Virus record (IMG/VR): IMGVR_UViG_3300036846_000279
Span: 1 to 56,549 of that record
Reading direction: 5' to 3' (one strand)
DNA from: a virus
Lineage: Duplodnaviria > Caudoviricetes
Length of the DNA: 56,549 bases
A program made the translations under genes and the position numbers. Positions within the stretch are counted from its first letter, which is position 1. Each line of letters begins with the position of its first letter. A model generated the notes under the pieces. It was not told where the DNA came from. It ran no database searches and saw only the letters and a program-made list of their open reading frames with translations. Shown one piece after another: positions 49,087 through 55,002 of this stretch.

Positions 49087-49208
49087 ACCTTTTCATTGTT
49101 GAACTGTGAAAAGGTTAGTGCAGGGTAGCTTACTCGCGCTAGGACGCTATTAACTTACCAGGTTACCTAGTTGAGACAACTACCCTGCACTAACCCTTTC
49201 GGGTTAGC
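49087..49208. repeat. Overlapping-hairpin element
   Basis: ggttagtgcagggtag...ctaccctgcactaacc plus CTAACCC-TTTC-GGGTTAG. Confidence 0.85.
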
Positions 49209-49253
49209 TTACTAGTTAGGCGCTGCGTTTAAAGCGCGTACAACTAGTCTTTG

Positions 49254-49400
49254 TTACTGATCGAGCCTTCCTTTGTCTTCACCATCACGAGCACCGGAAA
49301 CTTTGCACTTGCAAGTAGACCACTTGGAGTTCCAGCACTTAACGGAATGACCGTTCCGCAATTCCTTGCGGCGCCTGGCAATCCTTGCTTCAGTTGCCAT
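49254..49400 (-). CDS. 48-aa basic Cys/His protein (MATEARIARRRKEL...)
   Basis: RBS GAAAGGAG; not in the ORF track. Confidence 0.6.
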   Translation of the reverse strand: MATEARIARRRKELRNGHSVKCWNSKWSTCKCKVSGARDGEDKGRLDQ

Positions 49401-49419
49401 TCGTAACTCCTTTCTTAAG

Positions 49420-49730
49420 TTATTGAGCTAAGTTGCGAATGTGCGTTTCCCTAGCAAGTCTAGGTCAGGCCGCACCCCCTGGTATCCCCGTTTGGTTAGG
49501 GGACAACCGCTCCTAATAACATGGTGTCTTAGCCATTGAGACATAGCGCCATAAGCGTTACCTCGTTAGCCGTTCCAGATCCATTCGTCTGGCCTCAGTT
49601 AGTAGGTAGTTGTCAGTTTTGTTTGCCCGCTCAGAGTCATACTGAGTCAAGTCACAGACTTGCATCGCTCACAGTTTAGATGTGATTACGAATCTGCCGC
49701 TATCATACCGCATAGCTACCGGGCATTGTG
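49420..49730 (-). ncRNA. Candidate multibranch structured RNA (about 310 nt)
   Basis: tgcccg/cgggca stem closing four hairpins, plus at least four further hairpins; no ORF of 60 aa or more. Confidence 0.5.
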
Positions 49731-49828
49731 TTAACTCTTGGAAGAGTTAGTGAGCAGTCAGAGCTACTTTCCCCGGCGATCAACCCGGCGAGATTCAGTT
49801 GACTGCTCACTAACCCTTCCGGGTTAGC
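49731..49828. repeat. Overlapping-hairpin element
   Basis: taactctt-gg-aagagtta / gttagtgagcagtca...tgactgctcactaac / CTAACCC-TTCC-GGGTTAG. Confidence 0.85.
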
Positions 49829-49852
49829 CTTACTCAGTCTACAGATTTGTTG

Positions 49853-50347
49853 TCAGACCGAGACGTTCAGGAATGCGATTTTATCGCACTGGTACTCGTA
49901 CACTTCCTTGGTTGTCTCAGGGACGATTTCCACCCCTGTCACAACTTTCTTACAGACTACCTGACGAGTTGAGTAAAACTCGACTCGACCGATAGAAGTC
50001 TCACTGAGGATGACTTTGAATTCATCATCAGTGTACTTCTTTTCCACCTTGTAGCCTTCCCTACGTGCCCACTGAACGACTCTGGCAAACTCTTTGATAG
50101 TTGCCTCTTCATCCAGAGGATAGCTACCGTCTTCGTCCGCTGTGTTGTGATACTTAGCAACGTTGACGTAAGCATTGCCCGTAGACCGAGAAGCCCCATA
50201 AGGAATCTCGATACCTTCAGCGAGAACTTCACGCCAAAAGTTCTGATTCTTGATGAGCTTCTCAAGACCTTCCCGACAATCCCTGTCATACTTGACCAAT
50301 TCCATGTCAGGTGAGTTGGCGGGGTGGACTGAGCTGCTTTCACTCAT
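49853..50347 (-). CDS. Hypothetical early protein
   Basis: RBS GAAAGGA; own promoter candidate TGGCAA-17-TACACT upstream. Confidence 0.75.
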   Translation of the reverse strand: MSESSSVHPANSPDMELVKYDRDCREGLEKLIKNQNFWREVLAEGIEIPYGASRSTGNAYVNVAKYHNTADEDGSYPLDEEATIKEFARVVQWARREGYKVEKKYTDDEFKVILSETSIGRVEFYSTRQVVCKKVVTGVEIVPETTKEVYEYQCDKIAFLNVSV

Positions 50348-50436
50348 AGATTTTCCTTTCTGTTTCCCGTTTACTTGCTAAGCAAAGTGTAGCACATGGC
50401 TAAGCACTTTGCCAGGCAAGCCTGGTTAAGTTCTTG

Positions 50437-50583
50437 TTAATCTTCCCAGTAGTCTGGGTGATCGTCGTCGCCTGAGGCGATACGATCATAGACGGCTTGC
50501 TTGATCGACTCATCCGATCCATACAGCAAACCTTCGCAGTCACCAAGTTCGTGACCGCAGCATGGGAAATCCTCGCATGCCAT
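50437..50583 (-). CDS. 48-aa acidic Cys-rich protein (MACEDFPCCGH...)
   Basis: AAAGGA upstream; not in the ORF track. Confidence 0.6.
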   Translation of the reverse strand: MACEDFPCCGHELGDCEGLLYGSDESIKQAVYDRIASGDDDHPDYWED

Positions 50584-50608
50584 ATTGTTGACCATCCTTT
50601 TCTATTTC

Positions 50609-50677
50609 ACTCTTTAACTTGCAAGAGTTAGTAAGTAACTAACTTAGTTAGTTACTTACTAACCCTTGCGGGTTAGC
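50609..50677. repeat. Overlapping-hairpin element
   Basis: gttagtaagtaactaact/agttagttacttactaac plus CTAACCC-TTGC-GGGTTAG. Confidence 0.85.
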
Positions 50678-50699
50678 AGGATGGGCTTAGCTTGGTTAG

Positions 50700-51035
50700 C
50701 TAAACCTCCTCGGTGACCTCGGCTTCGTCGGTTGCACCGTTGACAGCCAGACCAGCGCGCTCCTTGTGCAGAATGAACACACTACCATCATTCTGAAGAA
50801 TGCGAATCTGATCGGCAACCTCAGCCTTCTTTGCAGCGGTAAGGAAACCCTGGTAAAGAGTTGAGGCATTCTTCTTGCCAAACTCCAGCGGCCAAGCCTC
50901 AGCAGGATTGATTCCTGCCTCATCAGAATTGATGAAGTCCAGAAGCTTAGGACCATAGGTGTTGCGCTGGCGCGACTCACCCATGAGCTTCTCAATCAAC
51001 TCAGGAGGAAGACCAACAAAGTTGGACTCAGACAT
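50700..51035 (-). CDS. Hypothetical protein, paralog of 42605-42928
   Basis: Perfect RBS AAGGAGGTGA. Confidence 0.8.
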   Translation of the reverse strand: MSESNFVGLPPELIEKLMGESRQRNTYGPKLLDFINSDEAGINPAEAWPLEFGKKNASTLYQGFLTAAKKAEVADQIRILQNDGSVFILHKERAGLAVNGATDEAEVTEEV

Positions 51036-51398
51036 TTATTTCACCTCCTTCGGTGAATTTAGGTTGTTTGTTGCTTGGTCTTGCTTGGTAAAGCCAATGT
51101 AGCACAGCGGCTTTTCCATGGAATCACCCGAAAGGGGGATTTCATGCAAAAGCGGCTTATCGCTGAAAACTCCCGAAAATCCCTGAAAATCGTTTACAAA
51201 GAAAGTTCCTGGTTTTGTAGTAGTATCTTAGGTGTAGTAGGTATTAAGTAGTTAAGGAATATTCCTTAATTCCTTAAAGGATTAGTGGGGGCTGCAAGGG
51301 TAAAGCCTACTATTGTAAGCTTTCTTGACAACAGACCCGAACAGACGTTCTACCTACTTGCCTGGTTCCTGGGTTTTCCGTGCTTTCTTACTGACCCC

Positions 51399-51427
51399 AC
51401 CTTAGCAGACTCAGGGGCTTTTGTCAA
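51399..51427 (-). promoter_or_regulatory. Sigma70/SigA-type promoter
   Basis: TTGACA-17-TAAGGT with extended TG. Confidence 0.75.
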
Positions 51428-51435
51428 GTCTTGGG

Positions 51436-51669
51436 CTAAATAAGCCCAAGACTTGCCAGAAGTCTCTGATCCCCCTTCTTTTTGTTGGTAGCCTTGGTTT
51501 TCTGGACTTGGTAGCAATCCTCGCATTGTCTGCGGGACTGACCAAGACTGTTGAACCGCGCGACGAGAAATTCCGTCTCGCAATCCTTGGTTGAACAAAC
51601 AAGGATACCCACCTTGTTGTTCTTCATCTTCTGCGCCTTGACTTCAGGCCGCATTGATGTTTTGGCCAT
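51436..51669 (-). CDS. Small basic Zn-ribbon protein
   Basis: CSTKDC...CEDC; RBS GGAGGAAGGA. Confidence 0.7.
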   Translation of the reverse strand: MAKTSMRPEVKAQKMKNNKVGILVCSTKDCETEFLVARFNSLGQSRRQCEDCYQVQKTKATNKKKGDQRLLASLGLI

Positions 51670-51703
51670 CTCTGTTTTCCTTCCTCCGTTCTTTGTCTTG
51701 CTT

Positions 51704-51760
51704 GGTGATACCTACAAGGTAGCACTTGTCTACCTTCTAGGTATCACCCGTTAGGGTGAT
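51704..51760 (-). promoter_or_regulatory. Hairpin-embedded extended -10 promoter cassette
   Basis: ATCACCC-N4-GGGTGAT overlapping a long stem that holds TGcTACCTT. Confidence 0.6.
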
Positions 51761-51761
51761 C

Positions 51762-51899
51762 TTAGTACCACTGGTGGGTTTCGATATCCTCCAGCGTCGT
51801 ACCCATATCTTCCAGCATGAAGAGCAACTCTTCCTCATTGTCTGCAAGACCTTCGTTGAGCAACTCGGCGATGAGTTGATCTTTGCGGGACTTGGTCAT
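51762..51899 (-). CDS. 45-aa acidic protein
   Basis: RBS GAAAGGA; start MTKSRKDQ. Confidence 0.65.
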   Translation of the reverse strand: MTKSRKDQLIAELLNEGLADNEEELLFMLEDMGTTLEDIETHQWY

Positions 51900-51934
51900 C
51901 TGAGTTTTCCTTTCTGTGTTCTCTTGCTTGACTT

Positions 51935-51991
51935 GGTGATACTCACAGTCTAGCACTTGGTTAGACTCTGAGTATCACCCTTTCGGGTGAT
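51935..51991 (-). promoter_or_regulatory. Hairpin-embedded extended -10 promoter cassette
   Basis: ATCACCC-GAAA-GGGTGAT overlapping a long stem that holds TGcTAGACT. Confidence 0.6.
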
Positions 51992-52000
51992 CTTACTTGC

Positions 52001-52102
52001 TTACTTCGCGCGCGGAAGTTCGTTGACGTGTGAAGCGTAGTTCGTCTTGCGAGGTGAACGCGGCTTCACAGTCGCGACAGCGCGATGGGAAACTTGAAAC
52101 AT
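52001..52102 (-). CDS. 33-aa basic peptide
   Basis: RBS GAAAGGA; lies between two cassettes. Confidence 0.5.
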   Translation of the reverse strand: MFQVSHRAVATVKPRSPRKTNYASHVNELPRAK

Positions 52103-52217
52103 GGATTGTCCTTTCTGGCTTGTTTCGTGCTTGACTTGCTACGCACACTGTAGCAGGCTTGCTACAGTCTGCGAGGCTAGTTGTATTAAGCTAGTGTTTA
52201 GTTGGTGCTGGTGGGGA

Positions 52218-52619
52218 TTATTCCCCACCAGCAGGATTGCGCGCTGCCCATTCCTGAGCGAATTGCTTGCGCGCGGTAACGTGGCGCTTGACTGATTCCT
52301 CGCGCTTGACGGCTTTTTCAGTCCTGCCGAATCCGTGCGCAGACTCAACCGAGGTTACGCCGTTTTTGGTGACTTTGACAGTATGTCCAGCCGCGCCGCG
52401 ATGGGCGATGCCGAATGTCCTACCGCGCATACCGCGCGTCCAGCAATCATCGCTGGCGCGATATGTGCGGTTTTTCTCGCTAGGCTCACCAGTAAGCCCG
52501 CGTGAGTGATGGTAGTCAGTCTCCACAAGGGATTCCTGCTCCGCCACCAGACGCGCGTAACGGCGTCTACGGTCGTTATCGGTGATTGCCTGCATACGCT
52601 CCGCGTATGACATGCGCAA
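52218..52619 (-). CDS. Arg-rich hypothetical protein
   Basis: RBS AGGAGG. Confidence 0.65.
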   Translation of the reverse strand: MRMSYAERMQAITDNDRRRRYARLVAEQESLVETDYHHSRGLTGEPSEKNRTYRASDDCWTRGMRGRTFGIAHRGAAGHTVKVTKNGVTSVESAHGFGRTEKAVKREESVKRHVTARKQFAQEWAARNPAGGE

Positions 52620-52937
52620 ACCCTCCTAGGTTGTCGGTGCCTGACGTGCTGGACGCAAGGTAGCTCAGGCTGCACAGCCGTCGTATCACCCTTTTGGGGG
52701 ATTTCATAGTGAGGCTACTAACGTGGACAGCCTACTAAGCAGACTCAGGCGAGCATCGCCGTGGAGGCATCTGTAAGCCACGCTCACGCCCTCGCAGCCT
52801 GAGTGAAGGGAATCACCCTAGCGAGGCATCGATCGCCTGAGCGTGGCCTATACGCAGCCTGGAGCGATTGTAAAGGGACTGTAAAGCTGAAAGCGTGCTT
52901 GATCGGGAACTGTCTTCGGAATTGTACCGAGCACTAT

Positions 52938-53321
52938 CTATGTTTGACTTAGATATTTCAGTGCCCTTTCCAATCCTTCAACGTTGTCTCCCAGCAACGC
53001 AATCCCATGATTACATCTCCTACATAGAAGTCCTCTGACCTTGCCAGTCTCATGGCAATGATCCACATGCAGGAGTACTCTATCTAATTCTCTAGCAGCA
53101 ATGCCTTCCCCACCACAAATAGCACAGAGCCCATTCTGCTTATTGTAAAGCTCATCATAATCCTCAATGGTTATTCCATAGAGCTTTTTTAGATTAGTAG
53201 CTCTATGGCTTAAGTAGTCCCTCTGTCTTCTTACTCCTTTTTTCCTGCCTCTTCTTTTATCCCTCTGTTCATATGCAAGCAAATCTGCTATCTGAGCCGG
53301 CGTTAAAGCTGCCATTCCCAT
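52938..53321 (-). CDS. Endonuclease VII-like protein
   Basis: YGIT..Y...QNGLCAIC...VDHCHETGKVRGLLCRRCN. Confidence 0.92.
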   Translation of the reverse strand: MGMAALTPAQIADLLAYEQRDKRRGRKKGVRRQRDYLSHRATNLKKLYGITIEDYDELYNKQNGLCAICGGEGIAARELDRVLLHVDHCHETGKVRGLLCRRCNHGIALLGDNVEGLERALKYLSQT

Positions 53322-53347
53322 AAGAGCCTCCCGTTCGCTAGATAACC

Positions 53348-53376
53348 AGCATAACACAAACTCCTGGCAAAGTCAA
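53348..53376 (-). promoter_or_regulatory. Sigma70/SigA-type promoter for the endonuclease VII gene
   Basis: TTGACT-17-TATGCT with extended TG. Confidence 0.8.
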
Positions 53377-53467
53377 GTCTTGGGGAGCGATCCAACAGAG
53401 TAGCAATGCTAGAATACCGGCGACCACACTTCCACAGGTCTATTCACATTTCAAAGGAGACACAGTA

Positions 53468-54256
53468 ATGTCAGCAACAGAGGAAGACCCTACAAATGAG
53501 GAACAAGCACAAACGGAAGAAGATGAGGACGGAACAGAAGACGAAGACGAGTCAGAAGACGAGGACGAATCAGATAGCGGATCGGGCTCAACAGGAACAA
53601 GAAAAGAGACTAGCACTATCAAGAGCCCGAGCACAGAAGAGGAATCAACTCTAACACAAGTAGCTGACCCCACCAAGCCTAAACTACCACCACCGCCTAG
53701 CTCACCTTTGGCTGCGATTATTAAGGAGGCACAAACCCATCATGGCAACAGGGAAAGCACCAGCCCCAAGTCAATCAACCACAGCGACACATCAAGCAGC
53801 GATGACGAAGCCTCCGAACACGAAGACAGTATCGAAAGGCGGAAGTTCGACAGGCCCAACAGGCCAGAAGTGCTAGCAAGTAAAAGTGAACCAACCGAAC
53901 CGACCTACGAAGAACTTATTAAGGACCCCGAGCTGACTGAGGAAAGTTTGCAGACTACGCTCAATGCTTATGCCAATGCGATTAAGCAGGAGTATGAGCT
54001 GTCTGTCAGGGAAGCGCCTGATAATGTCGAGGAATACACACGCGACTTTTTCAAGCGGAATGTTCACAGCGCCGCAGCTCAGATCGTCTGGCTAGCTAAC
54101 AACGCTGAGTCTGAATCCGTAAGGCTTAAGGCTGCTGTCACAGTTGTGCATGAAGCTCTTACCGACGCCCGAGCAGATGGCGACCCCATCAAGAACCTGC
54201 TCCAAGAGCTTACCAACAACGATAAAAAACCACAGCCCCAGCCACAGAACAACTAA
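53468..54256 (+). CDS. Protein with acidic disordered N-terminus; C-terminus possibly terminase small subunit
   Basis: RBS AAAGGAG; first gene of the + arm; helical AESESVRLKAA motif; function inferred from position. Confidence 0.5.
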   Translation: MSATEEDPTNEEQAQTEEDEDGTEDEDESEDEDESDSGSGSTGTRKETSTIKSPSTEEESTLTQVADPTKPKLPPPPSSPLAAIIKEAQTHHGNRESTSPKSINHSDTSSSDDEASEHEDSIERRKFDRPNRPEVLASKSEPTEPTYEELIKDPELTEESLQTTLNAYANAIKQEYELSVREAPDNVEEYTRDFFKRNVHSAAAQIVWLANNAESESVRLKAAVTVVHEALTDARADGDPIKNLLQELTNNDKKPQPQPQNN

Positions 54257-54376
54257 CAAACAACCACAAAACTAATCAGCGAGCAACCCATCAAACTAGA
54301 TCCCGGCCTTACAAACAAGCTAACGATCGAGATAATCAACCCAATAACTCTCGAACGACCGCGATTTCTGCTTAAA

Positions 54377-54775
54377 ATGGATCCAATAACATCACCTGCA
54401 TATCAGATTGTCCCAGGATTGCCTGTCAATATCGACATTTCTGCGTACTCAGGTGATACTTGGAGCCAGAAGTTCAGACTTAAATCTGGATCACCACCAA
54501 TCACTTTTGATCTAACTCCATACACCATAATCTGCTGGATTGAGAGTGGATACAACGACGAAAGCTACGAACTTACTACCACCATTCTCGATCAGACAGA
54601 TTCCACGTCAGACACATTTGGCTGCTTTATCCTTAGTCTGCCCTCGGATATGTCACCATATCCCCCACCGGCTAACTATGCCTACGATTTAAAGCTAAGT
54701 GATGGCAATACACCACCCATAATCACCACTTGGCTAGCAGGCAGATTCTTCCTAAACCAGGATATAAGTGGCTAA
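54377..54775 (+). CDS. BppU-N-like beta-sandwich virion protein, probable fibre adaptor
   Basis: GDTW...DLT.Y...YAYDL...GRF pattern; precedes the collagen fibre. Confidence 0.6.
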   Translation: MDPITSPAYQIVPGLPVNIDISAYSGDTWSQKFRLKSGSPPITFDLTPYTIICWIESGYNDESYELTTTILDQTDSTSDTFGCFILSLPSDMSPYPPPANYAYDLKLSDGNTPPIITTWLAGRFFLNQDISG

Positions 54776-54884
54776 AACCACCGTAGTTTACGCCTCTGAT
54801 GGCACCATTGAGATTTCGGCTCCTTCAAATCCGAATATCCCACCCTACCCTGTGGTGGTTTTGGACACAAGTGGCGCGATTTCC
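54758..54884. repeat. Exact 127-bp direct repeat, copy 2
   Basis: Identical to 1-127. Confidence 0.95.
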
Positions 54885-54899
54885 GTAAGTGATACATAG
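54768..54899 (+). CDS. 43-aa hypothetical protein, copy 2
   Basis: Same ORF as 11-142, ending SVSDT instead of STSAT. Confidence 0.55.
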   Translation: MAKTTVVYASDGTIEISAPSNPNIPPYPVVVLDTSGAISVSDT

Positions 54900-55002
54900 A
54901 AACCCCCGGTAATTATATTGGGCTTGTAGGTGCTTGGGCCGCCCGCCCTACAAGCCCAACATAATTATAAACTAACCAACTAATACACTCCCTCAGCCCC
55001 AG

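Noticed and set aside
49624-49725. tRNA gene
   Set aside because: Cloverleaf-like, but no T-loop GTTCRA, D-loop GG or acceptor/CCA pattern.
42503-51991. CRISPR array or true integron
   Set aside because: Repeats are not identical or evenly spaced; no cas operon or tyrosine integrase seen; the TAAC...GTTAG spans are much shorter than attC sites.
53742-53876. 44-aa out-of-frame ORF with AAGGAGG inside 53468-54256
   Set aside because: RBS spacing is long (12 nt) and the product is low-complexity; insufficient support.
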